From an uncultured Planctomycetaceae bacterium (GTDB lineage: Bacteria; Planctomycetota; Planctomycetia; Planctomycetales; Planctomycetaceae): a DNA stretch of 64,000 nt. Numbering within the stretch: position 1 is the first letter of the stretch; each line of letters begins with the position of its first letter. A program made the position numbers and the translations under genes. The stretch covers positions 96,001 to 160,000 of the forward strand of contig CAWFAK010000017.1 of assembly GCA_963813715.1 (NCBI GenBank), read 5' to 3'. Positions 42,494 through 54,020 of the stretch are shown one piece after another. Below the pieces are notes generated by a model. It ran no database searches and was not told the DNA's origin. It saw nothing but the letters and a program-made list of their open reading frames with translations.

Positions 42494-44947
42494 TTAACGC
42501 GAGTCGCCGGTTTTCAGTGTCAGCACCCCCAGGTCGACCGGACGTTGCGACAGCCTTTTGTCGATCTGGGGGACACTGAAGCGGTGCTTGAGTGGGATTC
42601 CCTTGAAGGTCTGTACCTGAACGCTCAATTCGTAGTCGCCGGACGGAACCGCATCGATGGAAAAATTCCCTTCTGCGTCCAGCGCGGCGACGAAACTCGG
42701 CTTCAATTCGGCGAGGCGAGGATCCCGGCTATCAACTCTCAGGAGAACGCGGTTCCACGGAAATGTCTGCTTCGTCTCAGGTGGCCAGCGGAGCTGGCCG
42801 ATGACGGGCCGTCCGGAACCTCCCAGGTCAAAATGCGTGGTTTTGCCAGGCTCGAGTCGGACGGGCATCGAGCCCGTTGAGGCCATTCCGTGGGTCCCGT
42901 TCTCGTCGAACAGCTCAATCTGAGGTGCGATCGTTCCCTGCCCCGGCAGCAATCGGTCGAAGACGTAGCGCCCGTCGGCATCGGTTGTCTCAGAGAATGA
43001 CCAGATAATCCGCGGCCTTTTGGGATCGAACCGACCCCTCGGGCGTGACAGTGATAACGAGGCCGCCGGTTGCGGTTTTCCCACTACCAGGTACGTTCCC
43101 TCCAACCGGGCCCAGGGCGTCAGCTGAATGTTGCCGGGATCCGACTGGGGAGAACACTTCGCCTCCGCATAACCGGACGAGTGTGTGATCACGAGCCAAT
43201 AGTCGGCCTTTTCGCGCGGGAAACGAAAGTGGCCGGCTTCGTCGGTGATCCTCCGTGCCACTGTTTGGGAATCGCCCTGGTCGCCGTTCTCGATTCTGAA
43301 TATCGCGCCGGCGGTCAAGAGCGCCATTTTCGCATTGCGGGCCGGCTTGCCGTCGGCCGTCAGAACGGTGCCGACGATGTCTTCGCCCTTCGTGAGTGCA
43401 AAATCGGCTGTCGCATCTCCGTGGTTCTGCTTGATTGGGTCGGATTCGGCAGGCAAGTAGCCGCCGGCCTCGACGCGCACGCGGAAGGCCGGTTGCCCGT
43501 TTGTGTGCCGAAGCCAATAGGTGCCACCGGTTGCCTCAAAGCCGTCGGCCCAGAGCCATCGCGACGCAGACATGCTTCCTTGGGGCACGACACGAAACCG
43601 CTCAATCGGTCGCTTCGTTTGGGCGTCGACGACTTTGCCTGAAACGCGCAGGTCGGGCTGTTGTCGCAACACGAACTCCTGTTCGCGGGCTCCCAAATTG
43701 TTCCCTCCATTGAGCCAGCTGCCATCGGAAAGCCTGACCCCCACGACGCAACCGGACGCCGGCGCATCGTTCCATTCCCAAGCGCCGTCGTGATCCGTGA
43801 GTTGATTCGTGTCGCTCGTGTCGTAATCGGCGAAAGGGTACACAAATACCTTCGCACTCGGGATGGGCTTTCCCTGCACGTCGAGCACGCGGAGCCGGAA
43901 CTTTCCGCCCCTCGTCAACTGAAAATCGACGGGCGCGTTTTCGGCCGCCCTGGAAACCGGCTGGGAGGCAGGTGCGAACCCCTTCGCCCGCGCCGTAAAC
44001 ATCACCGGCTCGGGGGGGCAACCAACCATCCGGTAAAAACCGTCGGCATCCGTGACGGCCTTAAGGAAAGTATTTCGATAGAAGGTTAGAACGACGGCCC
44101 CGACGATGGGCTCGCCCGATTTATTGGTGACGCGGCCGGTCACGGTCAGCCCGGGGCCGAGGATGATCTTGCCAGCGGACTTCTTGTTCGTCGCGATGCC
44201 GAACTCCGCCGCACTTGAGCCTCGCGCCTGCGGCATGAAAAGGGGATGGGCGATTTGAACGGTAACTGGATCACTCGAAAGCGGGACGCAGTCAAAGTGC
44301 CATTTCCCATCGGCATCGCTCTTTAGCCGCTCGTCCCGGAGCCATTGCAAGGCTTCCGGGCAGCCGTAGGCGAAATCGACGGGCGGCAAGATCGTCGCGC
44401 CGGCGATGGGCTTCCCGTTGACATCGACGAACGTGCCTCCCATCGACCAACCGGGCTCGAGCTTCACCGTCAACTTCGCTTGGATTGGCTCGGAGCGCAA
44501 AGAGGGCGACCAGGATGACCAATAGCGCGCGTATCCCGGAGCTTCGATATAGAGGGCCAGTCGCTTCCACTCGACCTGCGGCTTCAAAGCAATTCGGCCC
44601 TCGCCGTCGGCTTGGAGCGTCGCTCGAGAGCTCGAACTCCGCACGAGCTTGCCGCGTTGCAGTTGCCCGATCTGAACAAGCGGTTCGCTGAAGACCTCGA
44701 TCTTGACGTCGGCGACCGGCTTACCGTCAGGCCCGACGACGTGCAAATCAAAGGGGGCGGTTGCCGACGGGGGCGCAGCAGCGGACTTTGAGTTTGCGGC
44801 ACCGGGCTGGCCGTCGTCGCCAACCAATAATCCGCGCGTCATGAACGTGATGAGCACTCCCAAGCAAACTGCGGCGCGATCCGGATGGTGCGGCCGCGCG
44901 CGGCATCGTGTCGTCACATTTCGGCCGCCGATCTGGTCGTTGCCCAT
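42494..44947 (-). CDS. Long-form array member D' (817 aa)
   Basis: Intact ORF; signal then GDDG; ends SQRPVDLGVLTL. Confidence 0.9.
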   Translation of the reverse strand: MGNDQIGGRNVTTRCRARPHHPDRAAVCLGVLITFMTRGLLVGDDGQPGAANSKSAAAPPSATAPFDLHVVGPDGKPVADVKIEVFSEPLVQIGQLQRGKLVRSSSSRATLQADGEGRIALKPQVEWKRLALYIEAPGYARYWSSWSPSLRSEPIQAKLTVKLEPGWSMGGTFVDVNGKPIAGATILPPVDFAYGCPEALQWLRDERLKSDADGKWHFDCVPLSSDPVTVQIAHPLFMPQARGSSAAEFGIATNKKSAGKIILGPGLTVTGRVTNKSGEPIVGAVVLTFYRNTFLKAVTDADGFYRMVGCPPEPVMFTARAKGFAPASQPVSRAAENAPVDFQLTRGGKFRLRVLDVQGKPIPSAKVFVYPFADYDTSDTNQLTDHDGAWEWNDAPASGCVVGVRLSDGSWLNGGNNLGAREQEFVLRQQPDLRVSGKVVDAQTKRPIERFRVVPQGSMSASRWLWADGFEATGGTYWLRHTNGQPAFRVRVEAGGYLPAESDPIKQNHGDATADFALTKGEDIVGTVLTADGKPARNAKMALLTAGAIFRIENGDQGDSQTVARRITDEAGHFRFPREKADYWLVITHSSGYAEAKCSPQSDPGNIQLTPWARLEGTYLVVGKPQPAASLSLSRPRGRFDPKRPRIIWSFSETTDADGRYVFDRLLPGQGTIAPQIELFDENGTHGMASTGSMPVRLEPGKTTHFDLGGSGRPVIGQLRWPPETKQTFPWNRVLLRVDSRDPRLAELKPSFVAALDAEGNFSIDAVPSGDYELSVQVQTFKGIPLKHRFSVPQIDKRLSQRPVDLGVLTLKTGDSR

Positions 44948-44959
44948 CGGATGCTTCCC

Positions 44960-47365
44960 TTACGGTGCTTTCAATGTCAGCACGCCCAAATCGACGGGTC
45001 TTTGCCATAGTTTTTTGTCGATCGCGGGCACGTTGAAGTGGTGCTCCAGCTGGGGCGCTGCGATCCAGGCGACCCGAACCGTCAGGACATACTTGCCGGC
45101 CGGAACGCCGTCGATGCAGAAGTTGCCGTCAGGGGCCAACGTGGCACCGAAACTGGGACTCGATTCCCTGAGTTGCGGGTTGTGGGCCTGGACAAGGATG
45201 ACAGCGTGGCTCCACGGACCTTTCTCCTTCGAATCGGGAGCTCGCCGCAACTGGCCGATCACCGGCCGGCCGGAGGCCCCCAGGTCGAAGTGCACCGTCT
45301 CTCCGGGCTGAAACTGAAGGGGCTGCTCGCCGTACGATGCCATCCCCAACTCCAGGACCTCCTCCATGAGCAACAACGGCCGCCCGATGGTTCCCGCTCC
45401 CGGCATGAGCCGATCGAACTCGTACCGTCCTCGGGAGTCGGTTGTCTGGGAGAACGACGAGAAGATGGACGGCGCGTTCTTGCCGCCCAAGTCATTGCTG
45501 TGGCGCATGACCGAAAGCGAAATATACGGCTGCGGCTTTCCTGCGACGTAGTAGGTCCCCTCGAGCCTCGACCAGGCAGTCAGGCGAATGGGCTTGGGGT
45601 CCGAGTCAGGCGAACATTCGACCTTCGCGTAGCCGCCTCGATGCGTGATCACAAGCCAATACTTCGCTTTCTCGCGCGGGAAACGAAAGCGACCCGCGTC
45701 GTCGGTCAGGCGTTGCTGCGCACCGAATGGGTGATCGGGAAGTTCGCCATTGGTGATGGTGATATGGGATCCGACATGTCCCATCGCCACTTTTGCGTGG
45801 GCGGCAGGACGGCCGTCGGCGGTCAGAAACAATCCCGGCGATGTCTTCGGCGGGTGTCAGCGCGAAATCGACTGTCACGTTGCCCTCGTCCTTCTTGATC
45901 CGGCCCGACTCAGCCGGCAGATAGCCGTCGGCTTCGATCCGGATTTGATTGACAGCCGTCTGGTTCTTGGCACGAAACCAGTAGCTGCCGCCACTCGCGA
46001 GGAAGTTCTCGTTCCAGACCCACGAGGACGCTCCCGGGACGACTCGAAATTTCTTGATCGGCTGCTTGGTCCGGGCGTCGATCACTCTGCCCGAGAAGGT
46101 GACGGCGGGTGGCGCCGAAAAAGGATCTCCCTTGGGCCGGCGACAAGCGGCTGACTGTTGAGCCCTCTGCCATCGGGAAGATTGATCCACGCGCTGAATT
46201 GGTCCGCAGGCGCCTGGCTCCATGCCCACGCTCCCTGGCTGTCGGTGTATTCGCTGGGCCGTTCCAACTCGTAATCGGCGAATGGCCAGAGAAGGAGCCG
46301 CGCCTTTGGAATCGGCTTCCCGTGCTCGTCAAGCAGCCGGAGGCGGACCGTCCCTCCGCGTTTCATCTGAAAGTCGACGGGCTTCATCCCGGATTGAATC
46401 CAAACCGGACGCCAGGCCGGCGCGAGTCCCTTGGCCGCAGCCAGCACCGTCGTCCCCAACGGCTTACAGCCAACCAGGCGGTAAGCGCCCTCCGCATCCG
46501 TGACGGTTTTGCGCTTGCAAAGCTGCAAGTTGGCTTGGACCAGTGCGCCGGCGACGGGCTCGCCCTCCGCATCGGTGACCTTGCCCACGACTGTCAGGCC
46601 AGGGTCCAGGACAATCTTGGCGGAAGGCGTTTGTCCCCGCCTGACGTCAAAATCCGCGCGATTGAACGTAACGGACTTCGGCATGAAATTCGGATGGTCG
46701 ACCTCGACTGTGACGGGATCCCGCCAAATCGGCACGCAATCAAAGTGCCATTTTCCTGCGGCGTCGCTCTGCGGCCGCTTGTCGAGGCAGCGTTCCGTGG
46801 CCTCCTGATCGAATGGCAAATCGACTGGGGGCAGAATCCTCGCGCCGGCGATCGGTTTCCCCTGATCATCGACGATCGTTCCGCCGACGGACCAGCCGGG
46901 TTCGAGTTTGGCGATGTATTCCGCGGGGATCGGCTCGGAGCGAACTTGGGGGCGCCACGACGCACAATATCGGGCGTAACCCGGAGCTTCGATAAAAAGA
47001 TCGAGACGGTTCCACTGGGCCGGCCGCACAAGAACGATTCGGCCTTCGCCATCAGACTCGAGCGTCTCCCCGTAGCTTGATTCGCTCACGAATTTGCCGC
47101 GCCGGACCTCAGCCGCGTGAATGGCCGGCTCGCTCAGGAAGTCGACTTGAACGCGCGGAATCGCTTTCCCGTCGGAAGCGACGATGCGGAGGTCGAACGT
47201 CGAGGCGACCTGCGTGGGCGCGACCGCGGCTCGGGAGGTCGGCGGCTCAGCGGCCACCTCGCCCGTCGCGGCTTGCAAGACGGCCCCGGCCACGACAGCG
47301 CAGCGCATCGCCGGCGATAACAAGAAACATGCTGCCGTGTTTGTGCACCAAGGCGCGAAGTGCAT
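44960..47365 (-). CDS. Long-form array member D; frameshifts near 46115 and 45830
   Basis: ORFs 46082..47374, 45606..46229 and 44960..45832; ends WQRPVDLGVLTL. Confidence 0.87.
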
Positions 47366-47589
47366 GGCAAACAACCCGCTGAGATATCTAATGCTGAGGT
47401 ATCTAATTCTGCCGACCGGCCGAGTTGATTTTCAATTTCTTTCTCGCAAATGCGTTTTCGAGCTGAAGATAGTCTGTGTGCCGCTGACAGGATTGGACGG
47501 CCTGAAGGCCGAGATTCGTTTAACGCTCCGCCGTCGTGATCCACGTGCGCGGCAACGCGCCGCCAATGCCCGTCGCGGCGATCTTTTTG

Positions 47590-47839
47590 CTCTTCTGAGC
47601 GTCGTCGGCGGTTTGTCGCGGGGCCGCGGGGGCGACTGCCGCCGCCTTCTTCGTGGAGATGCGCGGCCCGTCGTCGGCCTGCAGGCTCGACAAGCAGCTC
47701 GCAACGGCGACAAGGACGAGGACGCGCGTGCGTCCGGCGATCCGCGTCCATCATGCGAACTCCGAGACTTGGGTCGAGCGGCCACCGTCACGATACCCAA
47801 ATCGAGCGGGCGCTGCGACAAGTTTTCGTCGATCGCCGG
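47590..47839 (-). pseudogene. Relics of two further array paralogues (a C-terminus followed by a signal-peptide fragment)
   Basis: PAIDENLSQRPLDLGIVTV (47839 to about 47783), then ATG 47754 and a shifted-frame VLVLVAVASCLSSLQADDGP. Confidence 0.75.
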
Positions 47840-47859
47840 CCGGCTGAATTGGCAGCGTC

Positions 47860-47907
47860 CGGGAACCCGATGCGATCGAAGAGCCCTCGCTCACGCTTCG
47901 GGTTGGT
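47860..47907. repeat. REP-like element homologous to 3623-3669
   Basis: cgggaacccgatgcgatcgaagagccctcgctcacgcttcgggttggt vs cgggaatcgacgcgatcgagcagccctcgctgacgcttcgggttagt. Confidence 0.75.
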
Positions 47908-47930
47908 GGGTTGACGCCCGGCCGCGCGAG

Positions 47931-48146
47931 CTAGCGCTGGCCGTATGGCGGCTGCTGGCCTGGGTGCGCGTCCGGGTCGATGCCCATGCCGATTTTGGCC
48001 ATCCGCTCGCGGTGATTGATGATCGATTTCACGATCACGGTGAGCGAGCCGAACACGATCGCCGAAATCGGAATCAAGAGCGCAAACACGCCCGCATCGA
48101 TGACGATGGGCGAATCGGCAATCAGCGAGAGGCAGGTAGAGGACAT
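47931..48146 (-). CDS. Small single-TM protein, paralogue 3 (DUF6249-like HRERM motif)
   Basis: TM then KSIINHRERMAKIGMGIDPD; 71 aa. Confidence 0.85.
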   Translation of the reverse strand: MSSTCLSLIADSPIVIDAGVFALLIPISAIVFGSLTVIVKSIINHRERMAKIGMGIDPDAHPGQQPPYGQR

Positions 48147-48188
48147 CGCGGTCTCGCGAACGGGGTCGCCGTTATCCAGAGGCGAAGA

Positions 48189-48422
48189 TCAATACCCGGC
48201 GGGCGCTTGCGGATGATTGGGATCGTACTTGTGGGGGTCGTAGTCCGGATCGATGCCCATGCCGATCTTGGCCATCCGCTCCCGGTGCTTGATGACCGAT
48301 TTCACAATCATGACGACCGATCCGCAAACGATCGCCACGACGGGGATGCACAGGGCGATCAGGCCCGCATCCGGCGGAGGCCCATTGGAAGTTGCCAGGG
48401 CGGACATCAGGTGGAATGCCAT
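48189..48422 (-). CDS. Small single-TM protein, paralogue 2
   Basis: TM then KSVIKHRERMAKIGMGIDPDYDP; GAGGAG RBS; 77 aa. Confidence 0.87.
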   Translation of the reverse strand: MAFHLMSALATSNGPPPDAGLIALCIPVVAIVCGSVVMIVKSVIKHRERMAKIGMGIDPDYDPHKYDPNHPQAPAGY

Positions 48423-48431
48423 GTTTGCTCC

Positions 48432-48683
48432 TCAGCCACCCACTTGCGAAGTCGGGTCGTGTGGGCGTCGGTACGGCCCGGCACTCGCGTGTGGGTTATT
48501 CGGGTCGACGTCGGCTGGGTCGTAGTCGGGGTCGATGCCCATGCCGATCTTGGCCATCCGCTCGCGATGCTTGATGACCGACTTCACGATCACGATCACC
48601 ATCACGATTGCCGCGAGCGGGATCAGCACCCAGATCCCCTCATCCGATGCCAGGACCGGGACCGCCAACGAATCGAAAGACAT
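48432..48683 (-). CDS. Small single-TM protein, paralogue 1
   Basis: MSFDSLAV..., TM then KSVIKHRERMAKIGMGIDPDYDP; GAGGA RBS; 83 aa. Confidence 0.85.
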   Translation of the reverse strand: MSFDSLAVPVLASDEGIWVLIPLAAIVMVIVIVKSVIKHRERMAKIGMGIDPDYDPADVDPNNPHASAGPYRRPHDPTSQVGG

Positions 48684-49288
48684 AACTGCGTTCCTCAACC
48701 CGTTACCACGACCCATTCCACGCGGCCGCACGGGACATTCGACCGAGCCTTCCCTTTGGACGTCTTCCGGCGATTCTAAACGGCTGTTCGCTCGAACGCA
48801 CGAAATCTTGGGGCAATTCGGGGAAAAGCGGCCTGGAATCGCCCCCGATTCAGTTTCACTGGATTGCGTCGTCGCGGCCATTGTGAAGCTTTCTTGAATT
48901 CTCGGGCATCGATGACTGCCGTCCTGACTTCTAACCGCCGACACGCGATGATTTGGTCCAGATGTCCAGCGCCGCGCTTAGGATTTGGTTCCAGATGGCC
49001 AGATCTTCGGCTGGTTCCGGAACCGACAGCAAGCTGTCGGCTGGGAAAGGTGGACGCCGCCCCAGAGTCCACGATCGCTCGGTGCCGCTCGGCTCGCGCG
49101 CCAGGAGCCGGAAGCCGATGTGTCCTTCCGGAAATCGACGTTTTCGCTGACGGAGCGTGCTTTGGAAAAATCGCGGGGCCGGCTCACTGGCTCTTTGGGG
49201 CCGGTCGCGGGAAACTACTGGCCAGCGGCCCGAGTTTGCATCACCCCCGGACCAGCCCGTCCGGCAGTCACCTCGCGAGGATTCAGTC

Positions 49289-51391
49289 ATGACCGTCACG
49301 GTTGGTCTTACGGTGGCCGGCGAAACGGCTCCGATCGAAAAGCTGGCCGTCAACACGATCCGCACGCTCTGCATGGACGCCGTCCAGGCGGCCAACTCCG
49401 GGCATCCCGGCTCGCCGATGGACATGGCCCCCACGGCCTACGTCCTCTGGCAGCGGTTTCTGCGGTTTGACCCGGACGATCCGATCTGGCCCAATCGCGA
49501 CCGCTTCGTGCTATCCTCCGGGCACGCGTCGATGCTCCTTTATTCTCTGCTGCATTTGACCGGCGTGAAGGCGGTCAATTGCAAGTACGAACGGGAGGGC
49601 GGGCTGTCGGTGCCGTTGGAGGAAATCAAGCGCTTCCGGCAGCTCGGCAGCAAGTGCCCCGGTCACCCGGAATATCGCTGGACGAGCGGCGTCGAGACTT
49701 CGACCGGTCCGCTCGGCCAGGGGCTGGCCAATAGCGTGGGCATGGCCGTCGCGTCGCGGTGGCTGGCGTCGCGCTACAACACGCCCGGCTTCACGATGTT
49801 CGATTTCAACGTCTACGCTCTCTGCGGCGACGGCTGCATGATGGAAGGGATCAGCAGCGAGGCCGCGTCGCTGGCCGCCCACTGGAAGCTGTCGAACCTC
49901 TGTTGGATCTACGACAGCAACCGCATCACGATCGAGGGGCACACCGCGCTCGCCTTCAGCGAGGACGTTGCCACGCGGTTTTTGGGTTACGGCTGGAACG
50001 TGACCCGCGTCGGCGACGCGAACGACCTCGCCATGGTTGAGCGCGCGTTCAAGGACTTTCAGGACACGCAGGATCGTCCGACGTTGATCATCGTCGACAG
50101 CCACATCGCCTGGGGTGCGCCGAACAAGCAGGACACGAGCGCCGCTCACGGCGAGCCGCTGGGCGAGGAAGAAATCCGCCTCACCAAGCGGAACTACGGC
50201 TGGCCCGAAGACGCCAAGTTCCTGGTGCCGGACGGCGTCTACCAGCATTTTCAGAGACGGGATCGGAAAGCGCGGCAAAGGACTCCGCGACGCCTGGTTC
50301 AAGCAGTTGGAGGAATATACGAAGAAGTCGCCCCAGCTGGCCGATGAGCTCACAAAAATCCAGCACCGCGGATTGCCCGCGGGCTGGGACAAAGAGCTGC
50401 CGACATTCCCGCCCGACCCCAAGGGGATGGGCACGCGCGAATCGTCGGGCAAGGTGCTCAACGCAGTCGCCAAAAATGTGCCCTGGCTGATCGGCGGCGC
50501 GGCGGACCTGGCCCCCTCGACCAAGACCCGCCTGACGTTCGAAGGAGCCGGAGACTTCGAGGCCGTCAGTTACGGCGGACGCAACTTCCACTTCGGCATT
50601 CGCGAGCACGCGATGGCCGCCATCATCAACGGCCTTTCGGTCTCCAAGGTGCGGCCGTTCGGCTCGACGTTTTTCGTCTTCAGCGATTACCTGCGTCCCG
50701 CGCTGCGGCTGTCGGCCCTGATGGAGATTCCGACGATTTACGTCTTCACGCACGACTCGATCGGCGTCGGCGAGGACGGGCCGACTCACCAGCCGGTCGA
50801 ACATCTGGCCTCGCTGCGCGCGATCCCGGATTGATCACGCTCCGTCCGGCCGACGCCAACGAAGTGGTCGAAGCGTGGAAATTCATCATGCACCGGCAGC
50901 ACGAGCCGGTCGCTCTCGTTCTCTCGCGTCAGGCGCTGCCCACAGTCGACCGGAAGAAGTATGCGTCGGCCGAGGGACTCCAGCGCGGCGCGTACGTCCT
51001 GGCGGATGCGCCCGACGGAAAGCCGCAGGTGCTGCTGCTGGCGACCGGCAGCGAGGTGTCGCTTGCGGTTGATTGTTACGAGAAACTCGCCGCGGAAGGC
51101 ATCGGCGCACGGGTCGTGAGCATGCCGTCGTGGGAGGTCTTTGAATACCACTGCCGGCACAACCCGAGTTATCGGGAGACCGTGCTGCCGTCCGCCGTCA
51201 GCGCCCGCGTGTCGATCGAGTTTGCCAGCACGCTGGGATGGTGTCAGTACGTGGGCACCGGCGGCGAAAGCGTGGGCATGCACACCTTCGGCGCGTCGGC
51301 CCCCCTCAAAGAACTGCAAACAAAGTATGGCTTCACGCCCGACGCGATGGTTGCCATCGCCAAACAGCAAATCAAGAAGTGGTCGAAGTGA
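49289..51391 (+). CDS. tkt: Transketolase; frameshifts near 50255 and 50828
   Basis: ANSGHPG, RDRFVLSSGH, GDGCMMEG ThDP motif, FGIREHAM, THDSIGVGEDGPTHQPVE, FGASAP. Confidence 0.96.
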
Positions 51392-51633
51392 CCTGCGCCT
51401 TCTCCGCGCGAGATGATCGGCACCAATCGATGCTGGAATCCTGGAAACCATCCACCTTTCCCAAGCCGACGGCTCGCCGTCGGCTCCGGATTCCGACCGC
51501 AGACCGTCGGCTGGGGAAATGTCGGACCTGCTTGAACGATTCACAGCGCAACGTTCAACCGACGTCGCTCGTCCTAGAAAATGCGTGAGATTGCCTCGGT
51601 CGCCCTGAGCAGCCAGCAGCAGGAGCAACGAAC

Positions 51634-53994
51634 ATGACGGAGCCCCTCTCTCCCGAAAAACTGCGGAAGATCGACGCGTACTGGCGGGCCGCCAACTATC
51701 TTTCCGTCGGGCAGATTTACCTGCTCGACAACCCGCTGATGAAGGAGCCGTTGCAGCTCAAGCACGTGAAGGCGCGCTTGTTGGGCCACTGGGGCACGAC
51801 GCCGGGCCAGAACTTCGTCTACGTGCATGTGAATCGGATCATTCAGGAATACGACCTCGACATGATCTATATCTCGGGTCCCGGACACGGCGGGCCCGCG
51901 GTCGTCGCCAACACTTATCTCGAGGGAACGTACAGCGAACTTTATCCGGCCATCACGCAGGACGAAGGCGGCTTGCGACGGCTGTTCAAGCAGTTCTCCT
52001 TCCCCGGCGGCATTCCGAGCCATGCGGCGCCCGAAACGCCGGGCTCGATCCATGAAGGGGGCGAGCTCGGTTACAGCCTGAGTCACGCGTTCGGCGCCGC
52101 GTTCGACAATCCCGACCTGATCGTCGCCTGCGTCGTCGGCGACGGCGAGGCCGAGACCGGGCCGCTCGCCACCGGCTGGCACGGCAACAAGTTTCTCAAT
52201 CCGATCCACGACGGTGCCGTGCTGCCGATTTTGCATCTCAACGGATACAAAATCGCCAACCCGACGATCCTCGCGCGGATCGGACGCGAAGAACTCGAGC
52301 AACTGCTCCGCGGCTACGGCTACGAGCCCCACTTCGTCGAGGGGCATGATCCGGCCAAGATGCATCCGCTGATGGCCGAAACGCTCGACGCGTGCGTCGC
52401 CGATATCAAGCGAATCCAATCCGACGCGCGCAAATCCGGCAAGTTCACGCGGCCCCGCTGGCCGATGATCGTGCTGAACAGCCCCAAGGGATGGACGGGT
52501 CCGAAAGTCGTCGACGGACAAAAGGTCGAAGGAACCTATCGCGCGCACCAGGTGCCCCTCTCCGAACCCTCGAAGAATCCCGAACACCTGAAGATCCTCG
52601 AAAGCTGGATGCGCGGCTACAAGCCCGAAGAACTCTTCGACAAGAAGGGCACGCTGATTCCCGAGTTGGCCGCGCTCGCGCCGAAGGGCAATCGGCGGAT
52701 GGGGGCCAATCCGCATGCCAACGGCGGCATTCTGCTCCGCGATCTGCGTCTGCCCGACTTCCGCGCGTACGCCGTGGAAATCCCCAAGCCCGGATCGGTC
52801 AACGGTGAAGACACGCGGGTGCTGGGAAAATTCCTCGGCGACGTCATCAAACAGAACGCCGACCAGAGGAACTTCCGCGTCTTCGGTCCGGACGAAACGG
52901 CCTCCAATCGCCTGTTCGGTGTCTTGGACGCGACCAACAAGCAGTGGGAGGCCGAGGTCATCGAGAGCGACGATCACCTCGCCCCCGAAGGCCGCCTGAT
53001 CGAGGTGCTGAGCGAGCACCAGTGCGAGGGCTGGCTCGAAGGCTACCTGCTCACCGGCCGTCACGGCTTGTTCAACTGCTACGAGGCGTTCATTCACATC
53101 ATCGACTCGATGTTCAATCAGCACGCCAAGTGGCTCAAGGTGACGAAGGGAATCGAGTGGCGGCGGCAGATCGCCTCGCTCAATATCCTGCTTTCCTCGC
53201 ACGTCTGGCGGCAGGACCACAACGGCTTCACGCACCAGGACCCCGGCTTCATCGATCTCGTTCTCAATAAAAAGGCCGAGATCGTGCGGGTCTACCTGCC
53301 GCCCGACGCCAACTGCCTGCTTTCGGTGGCCGACCACTGCCTCCGCAGCCGGCATTACGTGAATGTTGTCGTGGCCGGCAAACATCCGGCTCCGCAATGG
53401 CTGAACATGGACCAGGCGGTCAAGCATTGCACCGCGGGCATCGGCCTGTGGGAATGGGCCAGTAACGACGCCGATTGCGAGCCGGACGTGATCATGGCGG
53501 CCGCCGGCGACGTGCCCACGCTCGAAATCCTGGCGGCGATTCAGCTGCTGCGGGAACATTTGCCCGAGCTGAAAATCCGCATGATTAATGTCGTCGACCT
53601 GATGCGACTGCAACCCGCCAGCGAGCATCCGCACGGCCTGGACGACAACGACTTCGACACACTCTTCACGAAGAACAAGCCGGTGATCTTCGCTTACCAC
53701 GGCTATCCGTGGCTGATTCACCGCCTCACGTATCGGCGGCACAACCACGATAACCTGCACGTCCGCGGCTACAAGGAAGAGGGAACGATCACCACGCCGT
53801 TCGACATGACGGTGCTCAACCAGATGGACCGCTTCAACCTGGTGATGGACGCCGTCGATCGTCTCCCGCAACTCGGCGGCAAGGCGGCCTACATCAAGCA
53901 GGCCTGCCGCGACAAATTGATCGAGCACAAAGAGTACATCCGGCAGTTCGGCGAAGACATGCCTGAAATTCGCAACTGGAAGTGGCACGTCTGA
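51634..53994 (+). CDS. xfp: Xylulose-5-phosphate/fructose-6-phosphate phosphoketolase
   Basis: [75 protein letters not shown]. Confidence 0.97.
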   Translation: MTEPLSPEKLRKIDAYWRAANYLSVGQIYLLDNPLMKEPLQLKHVKARLLGHWGTTPGQNFVYVHVNRIIQEYDLDMIYISGPGHGGPAVVANTYLEGTYSELYPAITQDEGGLRRLFKQFSFPGGIPSHAAPETPGSIHEGGELGYSLSHAFGAAFDNPDLIVACVVGDGEAETGPLATGWHGNKFLNPIHDGAVLPILHLNGYKIANPTILARIGREELEQLLRGYGYEPHFVEGHDPAKMHPLMAETLDACVADIKRIQSDARKSGKFTRPRWPMIVLNSPKGWTGPKVVDGQKVEGTYRAHQVPLSEPSKNPEHLKILESWMRGYKPEELFDKKGTLIPELAALAPKGNRRMGANPHANGGILLRDLRLPDFRAYAVEIPKPGSVNGEDTRVLGKFLGDVIKQNADQRNFRVFGPDETASNRLFGVLDATNKQWEAEVIESDDHLAPEGRLIEVLSEHQCEGWLEGYLLTGRHGLFNCYEAFIHIIDSMFNQHAKWLKVTKGIEWRRQIASLNILLSSHVWRQDHNGFTHQDPGFIDLVLNKKAEIVRVYLPPDANCLLSVADHCLRSRHYVNVVVAGKHPAPQWLNMDQAVKHCTAGIGLWEWASNDADCEPDVIMAAAGDVPTLEILAAIQLLREHLPELKIRMINVVDLMRLQPASEHPHGLDDNDFDTLFTKNKPVIFAYHGYPWLIHRLTYRRHNHDNLHVRGYKEEGTITTPFDMTVLNQMDRFNLVMDAVDRLPQLGGKAAYIKQACRDKLIEHKEYIRQFGEDMPEIRNWKWHV

Positions 53995-54020
53995 CGCCGC
54001 GCCCCGTCGAGGAGTTCTTG

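Noticed and set aside
30262..47839. Diversity-generating retroelement or shufflon acting on the paralogue array
   Set aside because: No reverse transcriptase or recombinase; no near-identical template/variable pair differing at adenines; all members share one orientation and diverge along their full length.
48931..49200. Possible small minus-strand gene between the microproteins and tkt
   Set aside because: The C-terminus looks vaguely protein-like, but there is no convincing start, RBS or motif.
50240..50840. Programmed ribosomal frameshifting in tkt or array genes
   Set aside because: No consistent slippery heptamers, and breaks fall at different positions among paralogues; error is the simpler explanation.
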